Shown here: positions 36,222 through 48,693 of the stretch, one piece after another | Layout: every line of letters starts with the position of its first letter | Position numbering within the stretch: position 1 is the stretch's first letter | Source: Catajapyx aquilonaris | Taxonomy: Eukaryota | Length of the DNA: 64,000 nt | Direction of reading: 5' to 3' | Assembly: GCA_000934665.2 (NCBI GenBank) | Contig: KZ538286.1 | Span: forward strand, 1-64,000 | Program-made: the position numbers and the translations under genes | Notes under the pieces: model-generated | Seen by the model: the letters and a program-made list of their open reading frames with translations, nothing else | Databases searched by the model: none | Told to the model about the DNA's origin: nothing

Positions 36222-38765
36222 ATGGAGACGATCCTGGAGCAGCAGCGTCGCTACCACGAGGAGCGGGAGAGGCTGATGGACGGGATGGTCAAGGAGACGC
36301 TCTACAAGAAGGGCACCGTGAGTCTTACTCGACACAAAACATGTTCACAAACGTACTGACCGATGCGTTTTACAATGTTTCAGCATCGGGACTCGATCAA
36401 CTCTGAGCACAGACAGAAGATGCTGCTTGATGTGAGTGTATACTTCTTCTTGTTGCATTTCCTTTCAACATGACTACATGAGGTGATGTTGACTGATGTA
36501 CGTGTGATTTCTTCCAGAGATACATGGAGTGCACCAGCAACCTTCGGGAGCTGTACGAGGACAAGGACGGCTTGCGTAAGGAGGAGGTCGCCGCTCTCTC
36601 CGGACCAAACGAGTTCCAGGAGTTCTACTCTCGCCTGAAAGCAATCAAGGAGTTCTACCGGCGGTATCCAAACGAGGTGAATATCACCCCGCACACTCAG
36701 ACGAAACCTGCCTCATCCGTAATACATGGGTCGCAGTCCTGCTTTGAATATTTTATTGCCATGTTTGTTAACGTGAAGCTTGTTCTTCCTGTAATCTTGG
36801 CGTAATGCAATTTGTGGTGTACTTCCAGATAAGTGTGCCAATGAGCGTGGAATTTGAAGAACTTGCCAAGCAGAGGGAGAATCCGACAGATGAGAGCTCT
36901 AGTAAGTGACACACAAGACTTGCATAATTGAGGTCGGTAGTCGGATTCATTCACAATTTGCGTGTGATTGACTAACTGAAGATTAATTAACAATTCTCGC
37001 TGATGACAGATGCAACATTTGTTGTGTAAAATGTCACCATTGTGCTTTCCTTCTCTTTAGATATGGTGGACTTCACGGACGAAGAAGGCTACGGGAAGTA
37101 TTTGGACTTGCACGAATGTTACGAGAAGTACATCAACCTCAGAGGAATTGAGGTTAGTGTGTCTGCCCTGCTCAAAACTGCCCTGGTTCAACATCCTGTA
37201 GGTTCACTACATGATTTTCTGTCTCTCCTGTAATGTAGCGGATCGACTATATCACATACCTGACCATCTTTGATCGCCTGTTTGAGATCCCAAAGGAGCG
37301 CAAGACCTCCGAGTACTTGCGGTACCTCCATGCCCTTTTGGACTACCTTCATGACTTCTCCCAGCGAGTGAAGCCCCTCCTGGACATCGAAAAAGAAATG
37401 GAAGAAGTTTCACGTGACTTTAACATGCAGTGGGAATTGGGCACCTTCCCAGGGTGGCCTAAGGAGACCGGAGGAGCCCTGACTCACACTGGAGCTCACC
37501 TCGACTTGTCTGCCTTTTCATCCCGGGAGGAGCTGGCTTCTCTTGGGCTGGATCGTCTCAAGTCGGCCCTGCTTGCTTTAGGGCTCAAGTGTGGAGGGAC
37601 TCTGGAGGAGCGGGCACAGCGCTTGTTTGCCACCAAGGGACGGCCACGCCAAGAGTTGGATCCGTCCATGTTTGCCAAAAACAAGCCTGGAGCAGGCGGT
37701 GGGGCAGTTGGGAAAGGGAAGGAGACGGAGCGGCAGAGGCAGAAGGACGTTGCTGGACTTGAAGCACAAGCCTACCGCTTCTCTGAGCTCCTGTCCGAGC
37801 AGAGGGCATCCACCAAGGACAATGTGCAGTGCAAGCAGGCCAGGACGGAAGGGGAGAGGGACGATTCAGATGCGGAGGTCAGCGCCAGCGAATCTGAGGA
37901 AGAAGATGACAATGACATCCCCTACAACCCGAAGAATTTGCCCCTGGGATGGGATGGGAAGGTGCGCATTTAGCTGCACAAACAACACTGCATCATATTT
38001 TGTAACAAATTAACTTTCCTTTTTCAGCCAATTCCGTACTGGTTGTACAAGCTGCATGGCCTGAACATCAGCTACAACTGTGAAATCTGCGGAAACTACA
38101 CCTACAAGGGGCCCAAGGCTTTTCAGAGACATTTTGCAGTAAGTCATTTGATGTGAAATATCTTCCAGCTAATGAATGACAGATGTGAGAGGATATATTG
38201 ACGTCCTGCAAACATCACGCTACTCTGTAGATGTATAACATTTTTCCGCTTGTGTGTTTTTCAGGAATGGCGTCATGCCCACGGCATGAGGTGCTTAGGC
38301 ATTCCAAACACAGCTCACTTTGCCAATGTTACGCAGATTGAAGATGCGTTGGCATGTAAGTTACTGTTCCTGTGTTTGTACTCTCCTGTACCCTGGCTAA
38401 TAGCCTAGTCATATTACGATTACGAAGTACTTTTGTGGCATACAAGTGACCCAGTGTGGCAATGAAAATAATTGTGAAACTATCCCATAATCAGGGATAA
38501 TTTCCACTGCCTGGTGTCTATTCACTGAATTTCAATGATTGGTGGAGGTCTTGTGGCCTTCCTTTGGTACTTCAATAAGTAATATTAGTTATTGCCATGT
38601 TTGGTAATTATTGCAAATGTTGCCCTTTCAGTGTGGGAGAAGCTGAAACAACAGAAGCAGTGTGAGCGCTGGCAACCAGAGCAAGAGGAGGAGTATGAGG
38701 ATTCGCAGGGCAACGTCGTCAACAAAAAGACCTATGAGGACTTGAAGCGACAAGGACTTCTGTGA
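36222..38765 (+). CDS. SF3A3: Splicing factor 3A subunit 3 (SAP61/Prp9/noisette)
   Basis: [18 protein letters not shown] start, [39 protein letters not shown], zinc finger CEICGN...[18 protein letters not shown], and end [10 protein letters not shown]. Confidence 0.97.
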
Positions 38766-40402
38766 ATAGTTTTGTGGCAGTAATTCTTCTCAATCATATT
38801 TTTTTTGGAATTTGTACTAGGATTTAGATATGAACACTTTGTCATTAAATAATAAACCGGCTTCATTTCCATTTATATGTGCAGGATTTCATTGAGCAAC
38901 ATTTCTTACCTACGATGACAGCATTTTGTCTTTCCCCCTGTTGCCAATAAGATAAGGATTTTGTACCCTGTAAGGAGCCAGGAATACAGAAATCCATGAC
39001 TGGATGGTCTGTATTGGGGGGGGGGGGGGGGGGGGGGGNGAAAAGCCCACTGCAACTGTGTGCGACGCGACTTATCTAAGGGCCATAATACTACACCAGG
39101 ACGACCTTTAATTGTGTGTACGATGTCGCGACAAACCCATCTGGAAATTTGCTATATGCCTGTGGCTCGTTTTCATCTGACTGAACCTAATATATCTACA
39201 ATCAGACGATATACACACACTTCTCCGATGACTACAGTAGCTATAAATTGCACTTATTATAGCTATTCCCACATGCATTTTAGGTGAACAAAATAGCTGT
39301 CATACCCTTGTCACTGTCTACCCCCCACTCGGCCATTGCCTCATAACATTACGTACCCACTGGCTTTCCTTGCTATTCTGTGGACTGGTAAATGTATTCT
39401 ACCTTGACCAATGCCAGCTGTTGCTTTGACTCATGGAAAAATAGTTTTCACCCTGTATGACTTATTTCCCGGCATTGTTCAAGTCAGATGGGTTCAATGA
39501 AGAGAGCTCTGTTTTACATCGCTCTTGCCGACTGGTGAAGATGCTCATTTTGAAAAGGACGTCCAAGGTTGACACCAAATTATCCGATAAACTGAAGCAA
39601 TTATTTTGCACCGGTTTATTACGCAACAATAATTTTTTTTCGTCCTGATTACATGAATGGGAACCAGGGCGCTTATTATGCTAGCTTGACGTCTCTTGGC
39701 AGGTACTGTACCATGTGTGATTTGATTGCACTGACATCACTGCATCATGCGCTCCTTATATCATCCGCATGTGCTTTGTAAGCCAATTATCTGTCCACAA
39801 TAGGTTTCAAGAATGTCTCCGGGTAGCTGCTGATCACATTACATCACAGCACAACCTGTTTTACTTCGTCACTTTTGCCGCCATTGACAACAATGGTGAC
39901 CCTGGCGACATAAAAATTCTAACAATTATTGGTTCACCACTCAGCCGTCTTGAATAACCTTAAACTGGCTGAAACCACGGGGTCACATCCAATAATTGTC
40001 TTGATTTGGTTAACCATATATGACAGGACAAGGACAATATGATCGAACATGTGTCCAGGTGACCCTGCAGTCGATGTCAACGACGCACACTTTGCCGCAT
40101 TGTGGTCACTCCATGACATCACTTGACCACTACGAATCAATAGTGAAGAATCAATGCCAGATTCCCCGCAGCACGTGGCTTATTCGGAGTACTTCCCCCT
40201 GCAATTTTTTACAGTGAGTATTCCTCTGCAAAAAAAAACAGCTAAAAACCCGGAAAGTGGCTAATAATTAATCCATAAGAATTTCTGACGCAAACATCTG
40301 ACGTCGAGCAGCAATTGCGTGACCCGCGAGGGTTGCGTCGGTATATATCGTTTCGCCCTTGACTCGAGCAAACCAGCAGCTGCACAACACCAGGAACAAA
40401 CC

Positions 40403-42346
40403 ATGAAGGAAGAAGCACAGGGAGGGCCTGGGTTCACCTGGGACCTGGTGGAAAAGTGTGTCTTGACCAGTGTCATCACCTTCTTGGGCGTCTCTGTCGT
40501 CACTGGTGTGTGCAACCTGCTGGGAGCAACATGCAGTCCTCTTCTGTGGTTCCTCTTCATCGACGCGTTGGCTGTCGGGGCTGTCGTTGTCATGTCGCAG
40601 ATGAAGGTGACGATCATGTCAAAAAGTCATTTTTTAAATAATAAATTTATGTCAATTTGCAGGTGAATCCGTATGGAAGATCGGTGGTTGTGACTGGTTG
40701 TGACACTGGTTTCGGATTTGCGTTGGCCAAACTTCTTCATGAAGCTGTGAGTTGCTGCCAGAGACAACAATGCAATGTTGCTCTTTAGGGGTTCACTGTG
40801 TTCGCAGGTTGTTTGCTGTTGGATAAGGATGGCGAAGGAGCTAAGAGTCTGAAGGCGTACCAGTCGTCCAGGATGCATGTGGTACAATTGGATGTCACAT
40901 CGGACGAGAGTGTCGCCAGAGCTGTTGAGTACGTCAGAAACAACCTGCCTAATCACTCTAAAGGTATTGCACGGAACTTGCATGGTTTTTTTGGGATTGT
41001 TTCATGTACCGGTACACGTGCGGATTTCAGGTTTGTGGGCGGTGGTGAACAATGCAGGGTGGTCGTCGTTCGGAGAAGTGGAGTGGGTGCCCATGCACGT
41101 GTACGACAATATCATCAAAGTGAACCTGATGGGCACCATTCGAGTCACCAAAGGGTTTCTGCCTCTCATCAGGCCAGCCAAAGGTACGTGTATACCTTTG
41201 GTACGTGGTTCATCGTCGCAATAAAGATGATATTTTCAATGGGTATGACGTGAATTTGAAAATAGCGTGCAAGTGGGCGTGCATTTATTTGACGTAATCC
41301 GGTGTTGAGTAATAATAACTGTAAAAACGTATCACATGCCATACATATTATTGTTACTTCTTGCGACACATCCAAGGTGATGGTCCCGACGCAGGTGAAA
41401 GGGGGTTCCCAGGCGGGGAATCGAACCTGGGACCTTTCATTCAGCAAGCCGACCATCTCAGCCACCACACCTCCTCTTTGTTTGCATACAAGTCATTATG
41501 GCTTGTAAAATCTCTCTTTTTTTGAATTTTTTTTCGCAGGTCGAGTGGTCAATGTGGCTAGCATCTTGGGTCGCATGTGTTCACCCCAGAGAGCTCCGTA
41601 CTGTATCACCAAATGGGGCGTCGAAGGATTCTCAGGTTGTCTGCGTCTCGATCTACGTCGATGGGGTGTCGACGTTGTGGTCATCGAGCCTGGAAACTTC
41701 GTTGCAGGTACATCTTTCAATTAACTTTATTGTTGTACCACAAGGTGCCAACATTGTATTCACGCCCCACGTTGGGCGCCACTATCACGTTCCGACGCCA
41801 ACGACGTACATCGTACACGTGACTAAGCGTCGATAGTTGCTGAAAAAAATTTAATTATTTTGGATACTGTAATGTTTATCCTGATTGTTCAGAGCTATTT
41901 GCATATCATTCATGCACAGATGATGGCTAACTTTCAGGATGAAGCTATTCATGTTTCATGTATTTTATCTATAGGAACTGCCCTGTACGGCCAAGGATTG
42001 GTGGAAAAGCAGGGTCAGGAAATGTGGAAGAACATGAGCGAAGAGGTTCGAAATGATTTTGGAAAATCATATTTTGACAACCAGATTCAGAAAATGAGCG
42101 GTTACACATCCACAGGGGTAAGTACCGATTTAATTACTAGTGACGTCATAAAGTTTCGTTACTGTTCATTTTTTCTGCATGTTGTTGTAGAACTCTGACA
42201 TCGCACCAGTGATATCCGCCATGGTCGACGCAGTCAGTCACGTCTTCCCACAACGTCATTACCAGCCTATGTCATTCCAGGAAAAAATTAGAGCCTTCTC
42301 TTACACCCACTTACCAGAGCGCATTTTTGATATAATCTATTTGTAA
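40403..42346 (+). CDS. BDH1-like short-chain dehydrogenase/reductase, copy 1 (N-terminal membrane helices)
   Basis: [43 protein letters not shown] (YxxxK), IEPGNF. Seven exons. Confidence 0.9.
41401..41472 (-). mobile_element. tRNA-derived SINE head in an SDR intron
   Basis: Minus strand reads ggtgtggTGGCTGAGATGGtcgg...cccaGGTTCGATTCCccg, i.e. Pol III A and B boxes without a complete cloverleaf. Confidence 0.65.
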
Positions 42347-42963
42347 CATAAAATACTCACTAGTTCCATCTTCCATGAATTAGGTCAGGTTGTATGAACT
42401 CAAAAGCTCTTACGTATTACGAGTTCAGACGCGGGCCTTTTAGTCAGCAATAGCACCAAAATGTATAAACTTCACAGTATTAAACAAACGTTTGTTTTAC
42501 ACTACGTCTATTTATTACCTGTTTCCTTATCTGCCATAATTGTTCAAAAAGTCATTTTAATAGCTCTGCAGATGTAAAAATGCGCACAGTCATGCCTTTT
42601 ATGTATAGTCACTGCTACGTTGGCATATATCAGTACTGATGTACTCAATATGTTAGCTGTTAATATAGGTCAGTTCCAAGGTACTCGACCAAGTCCTTGA
42701 TCTTTAATGAGCTCCTTATGATATGATTATCTCCCGCATGATGGCGACATGGTGATAACCTCTCTCCATGACCGAGACCTTGTAGGTGACCTTGGTTCCT
42801 ATTGCAGTCTCCCCTTGACTTGAAGGCTACACGTGTATGGTAGAAGCTGCTGCAACTACTGCAATTATTGGTGAGTTCAATACAATTGTACTGAACATAC
42901 AGAATGTACAGTACAGGTATTTATAGCACGTAGTTCTTCAAGGCTATTTTTCCCCATCAGAAT

Positions 42964-44506
42964 ATGACGGAATTTCTGGGTGTTGTGATTACGTGGGATC
43001 TGGTACAGAAGTGGATTATTACCAGCATTGTTACCTACGTGGGACTGGCTGTTGTTAACACGGTGTTCAGTTTAGTTGGGTATGGCTTCTGCACCTGTCT
43101 GTGGTTCGTCCTTGTGGACATGGCGGCTGTTGGACTAGTCACACTTATTTCTCAGCTTAGAGTGAGTATCGGAAATAGACTGTGAGCCGGCGGTGAGCAC
43201 AATACGGAATATACTACCCAACTTTTCCCATATAGATTAACCCATATGGAAGGGCGGTACTAGTCACTGGATGCGATTCTGGATTTGGTCACGCTTTAGT
43301 GAAGGAGCTTCATGAACTTGTAAGTATGCCTAATCCGTCATCGTGACCACACGAAAAATTAATCGTGTCCTGTCATATAGGGATTTACAGTGTTTGCCGG
43401 CTGCCTTTTGGCAGACAAAGGTGGCGATGGATCCAAGAAGTTGAAGGCTCTGAAATCACCTCGACTTCATGTCCTTCAACTGGACGTCACCTCAGAAGAC
43501 AGCGTGTCTCAGGCTGTGTCTTATGTAAAGGCCAACCTTCCTCGAAATGCTCCAGGTGAGACCCATCATGCCTTTAATTATTGAGGGGGATGGCTCCGAT
43601 ACGTGGGTGTTTTCTAAAAACGCCCGGGCCTTTACATGTTGTCATTATCAAGGATACAAGGTTCTAATGACAGGCTCTACCTCGTCATTAGGGCTGTGGG
43701 CGTTAGTGAACAACGCCGGTATCTCAACATACGGAGAGGTGGAGTTCATGTCTATGAAGGGTTACAAGAGTCTTCTGGAGGTCAACCTAATCGGGACTAT
43801 TATCACCACTAGGGCCTTCTTGCCCATGCTCAGAGCTTCGAAAGGTTCCTTTTTTTGTCTTATCGGATTTTGGACATTTTCCATCAAATTGTTTCAATTC
43901 CAACATATATCTTCTACAGGTCGAGTGGTGAATGTGGCCAGCGTTTTGGGTCGTATGTGTTCTCCACAGCGATCTGCATATGCGATCAGCAAATGGGCAG
44001 TAGAAGCCTTCTCGGATACTCTTCGGTTTGATATGAAGCGATGGGGTGTTGAGGTGGTGGTTATTGAGCCTGGAAATCACGTCCTGTGTAAGTTGATAGA
44101 GAGCCTGACACTTGATGTTCATTCAGAATGTTTTGCCTCTAGGTACTGACATTTTTTCGGGCGATATTATTGGCAAACAAGCTGAAGAGATGTGGAGCCA
44201 AATGAGTCCGGAATTACGTACCGATTATGGACGAGAGTACTTTGATAGCAAAGTGGAGCAAATGCGCGAATTCACTCGCATTGGGGTAAATCAACTTAAT
44301 TTTAATTTATTTTTAATAAGGAAATAATCGTTTGTTTTATACCTGAACAGACTGCGGATATCTATGAGGCTTTGATGATGATGACGGATGCTGTGAGCTG
44401 CTCGTACCCACAGAGACGGTACCAGCCAGTGATGCTCAAAGAGAAAGTGAGAGTGTTTGTTTACGCGCATTTTCCAGAACGTGTGTTTGAATGGCTGTAC
44501 CTCTAA
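42964..44506 (+). CDS. BDH1-like short-chain dehydrogenase/reductase, copy 2 (tandem paralogue)
   Basis: [38 protein letters not shown]. Same exon structure as copy 1. Confidence 0.9.
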
Positions 44507-44981
44507 AACCCTTCAAGTGAGAGGGTGTGAAATAAATGGTGGCCAGATGGTCCTCTTTTTTCGCAGCTCATTTTTTATTATGATCATGAATGCTGGGAAT
44601 TGCTCATAAAGCAATGCACAATGTAACACATTAGCAACAAAGTTTAATCTATGTTCTACATATAACTGCCATAAAGTTATGTAAAAAAGAAACTAAATTC
44701 AAAAAGCAAATGTATAATATTAAATCAATTTCTTCAAATCTTACATAAGAGTACATAGGCGACATAATCATTGCAATAAAGTGAAGGCCAGTTGTATCAG
44801 CGGCTCAAATTAAATGATATCTCCGAATATTATGTATTGTGAATACCTAAACATAATGGGAGAATTTCCATTTGATGCTACTGCTGGCTCTTAGTTTCAG
44901 TTAAAAATAACACCATAAGTTGCCCAAAACTACAAGAAATTGTACATAGCAAAATAATGTTGTACTGTATATTTGGAGTTA

Positions 44982-47900
44982 CTACAAATCTTTCTTTTCT
45001 GGCACATCCGCTGCAGGTTCACTCAGCTGGTCAACCACTATAGTACGTACTTCAGTACGCACTTGCTCCTTCCTTGTGTTCAGTTCTTCCAACAATTTAC
45101 TCCCACTGGCAGAACTGCAGATCATAAAGTCGGTTATTGCTGAATGCTACGATCCATTATTATAATGGAGAGTTTACCAGAATGATGCACATAACTAATA
45201 ACAAAAGATGAACATAATAACTCATGCAAATTAAATCACCTTTGCTTGCCTGGAGAACCACGCTTGTGCTTAGGGGAAACATTGACAAGTGGTTTGCTGC
45301 AGCATTCAGTGTGATCTTGTGACTCATCCACATCAATATCTAGACAATTTGAATAGCAATTAAATGACAACAATTCGCTACATATGTAAATTCATGTGTT
45401 CAATTACGTAAAACTTGCCAAAATTAATCTCCTTAAGTTTCTGGTAGTACCCATGCTCGTCCTTATCATCGTCCATCGACAACAGCTGTACGCCTCTCAC
45501 TGTCTGAGTGCCATATGGAATGCTTGCCATTGCTTGGTAAGTACTTGAAGATATCTTCTTTATGCCCTACTCAGGGGAATGAGAAGAACAGGATGACCCA
45601 TCGGTACGTGATACAGTATTATTCAACTTCCAAAATAACTCCTGTCCCTCGAGGATGTTAAGTTTAATTCAAATGATAGGCTTCTGGCAATGGAATGCCA
45701 ATCACAATAATCCACAGGGACACACCACACCAAATAAACTTTGGCTTACTAATGACATCACTTGTGACCCTCGTTTCACAGCAAATTATACTGATTAAAA
45801 AATAGTCGTAATACGCCCAATGGCTGCATAATTAGGCCATTACCTCATTAGAAATTTATTGACCTCTCGACTGGCTAGTTTTAGAGAGTGGAAATGCTTC
45901 CCATGGGTGTGGAAGTAATGGCTGACCGTTAGATGGCAGCGCGGGTGCCACGGGCGCGTGCACAATGCATCGGATGATTAGCAAGGGAATTTCTGATATA
46001 CAACAAAGGTAGTGCAGAATTACATAAACAAAATCAGTTTACACTGAATTATCTCCGCCGGTGTCGAACATTGCAAGCATAATTTATTGTAATTTAACTG
46101 ATTTCGGCTCAAACCTTATATCTTAGTCTAGGGTCTTTGGAGAGCTTCAGAACAGTCAGGTGTGGGTTCAGTTCACGCTGGTCAGTTATGAGCACGTCGT
46201 ACTTTTCCATACTTTGCTTAATTATTCCTGCCAAGTCTCGCAGACGAGTGACGGCCGCCTCATCTTTCAGGTCTACAAACAAAACCTAGAAACACACGCA
46301 AATTATGACAGAAAATGCAGCTTTCGTAAGAGAAGTGCAAAGTAGCCTGCGCATACCGCATTGTTGAAGTTTGACAATCCCTCGAATTCTAGTGACAGTT
46401 GTTGGCTGCCGCTCATTTCTTCCATCAATTGGGACTGACAGTCTTCAAGTGCAGTCTTGGCCCTAATAAGTATAATAACTTAATATTGAAATAAGGAACA
46501 TATTAACAACAATGTACATACCCCTCAACATCATCTTCATTCTCCAAACACATGACCATCAACGTAAGGTGCAAAGTAGGCACGGAAATAATGGTAGAAG
46601 CCAAACGAGGTTCGGCTTCTAAGATGGTTTCTTGAAGCTTCCTTACAGCACAATGAATCTATGTAAAAATGTACAACATACATCTGACACACTGAAAATG
46701 GCTTCAGATTTTTCTCACATTGCATTCGTCCGAAATAACGGATGAAAAAATTATAGTGAAACATTTATCTCACCCTCAGAGCTCAGACACAACTTACTTG
46801 CGGATTTGAAACCTGGACACCGATAAAGTAGTTGGGCCTCTGCTTATTCATTTTCTCAGAAATCCCTTCCCCGCACTTCTTCTTCTTCTTCTTCTTTGTA
46901 CGGTTCGCTTTCCCAGTAATTATTCCGTGACTACTTTCCGAGGCTACCAGTAATTGCCCGGAGAAAAGCGCATCTAGATTGAAGCTGTCTTCTTCTTCAA
47001 CCTGTTCCTCACCCTGTAACTTCTGCTTATGTCTCCTGGCTACCCAATGCCTCTTTCTCTTTCTTCCTCGCCTCTTCTTGTCTTCTTCGCAGCCAGCCAA
47101 CAATAACTGGCCAGAGAAAAGGGCGCCAAGACTGTGACTGTCTCCCGCCTCGACGTCTTCTTTGGCCTCGACCTTTTTGTGTCTCGGGGATGTCTGTTGC
47201 TTCTTTTGTCTCTTTCTTCCTCTTTTCTTCTTAATAGCGGGGCCAGCTTTGGAAACAATTAGTTGATTGTAAGCATAATTTTAAGCATGTCAACACAGAT
47301 GGAGCGTGTGTGATGGATCACTTCTTATAGGTTAGTTTGTATAGTGAACTTACGAGGCTGAATAAGGCAGGTCTGGTCAGCAATGTGGTGGTGCACTAAC
47401 TGTATATTTACACTTCCTGGGTACTATCATTGCTGACTAGACTTCCCTATTTACAATCGGCACAAGAGACGATTGGCAGACCTAATGGAGCGGGGAATCA
47501 CACGCCTCAACACTTCATATTATCGTCAGCTTATCTCCGAAACCAGATGCAGGCAGTTACATACATGGTTATTGTTATGTGCTATGCCACTAGCACATAA
47601 GGATTTGATGAGACTAATAACACAAGTATAGGTTTACGAGCACTCTGTATTGGATCAACTCTTGTATACATGCAAAGGCTATAGAGGCCTGGCTTGCACT
47701 GGTGATCTCGTGGGCACAGGGAGAGGTCTCGCCTCAGGTGGGGAGAGGAGGAGGAGGATTGCACCACCGTGTGTAACATCCCGAGCGCCCCACTGGCCGG
47801 CCTCGGTGAGGGGGGAAATCCCACGAGATCACCAGTGCTGGAAACAGTCCGATTAGTATCGTACTACAACAGTTATCTACAATAATTCTGACTCGTATGT

Positions 47901-48693
47901 GTATGACGTTACAGAGTACCTAAGTATGCGAAATAAAATTGTAGTGCGGAAAATTACCAAATGGTTGTCCAGGTAATTTGCAATTCATAACGCACCATCA
48001 TGGTAGACAAGGGGTAGTGATAATGTTTCCATTGTCTGTGGTCTACATTTTGGGATAGGTCAAGGCCACAATATGGGTGGTCCTTGTGTATTGTTATCTT
48101 ACTTAATGACACACCCTGGTAGCCCACTTCCAAAATCTGTTCCTAAAATTTTGGTCCGTAAAGTTGGCCCAACATTCCTCTCCACACTTCGAAATGAATG
48201 TTGGTGATCGCATCAGAACCGCAAAAGCCATATTGGTCGAGGTTTCCATTTCAACCCCTCAAACCATTTCACTAATCCTAAATTCCTCTATTCAGACACA
48301 AACCGAGGCCAACTGTTTACCTTCCTCCAAACCCGGTCCTTCCTTCTGGTTTTCGCTTCCAAGCCTTCCAAGCAAACAAGGGTCTTCCTCATCCGGGGCC
48401 ATCAGGTTTGACAAATGTTCCGGAATCTCTTTGGCGTCATCAGGTGCCATTGTTGGGCATGAGCCATCTGGTGCGGCAGAAGTGTGGTCTCCCATCAGGG
48501 CAGGAGGATTATGGCTCTGGAAGCCGGACACTTCCAATGGGATAATATGGGATTCTTCCAGGTGAATAAGACCCGCCATCTGTTCACAGGATGTGCCTCC
48601 AGGATTCCTATATAGACTTCCGTGACACCTTGTGGTCCGCAATTTGCCAGAGAGGGATATGTAGAATTGCTTCAATATTTGTCTCGACCACAT
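44982..48693 (-). CDS. AKAP7: AKAP7-like 2H phosphoesterase (2',5'-PDE fold) with long basic N-terminal extension
   Basis: RPNYFIGVQVSNPQ|IHCAVRKLQETILEAEPRLASTIISVPTLHLTLMVMCLENEDDV...LEFEGLSNFNNA|VLFVDL...LNPHLTVLKLSK, with two HxT motifs. The start (48693 or 48912) and the last exons are uncertain. Confidence 0.82.

Noticed and set aside
38155..38243. H/ACA snoRNA in an SF3A3 intron (two hairpins plus ACA at 38238)
   Set aside because: Only about 90 nt and no proper ANANNA H box. It would need a snoGPS or Infernal hit.
39016..39040. Poly-G tract as a G-quadruplex
   Set aside because: It ends in an N at a contig join, so its length is unreliable.
41401..41472. Functional tRNA gene
   Set aside because: A and B boxes are present, but the anticodon arm and acceptor stem are incomplete, so it is treated as a SINE.
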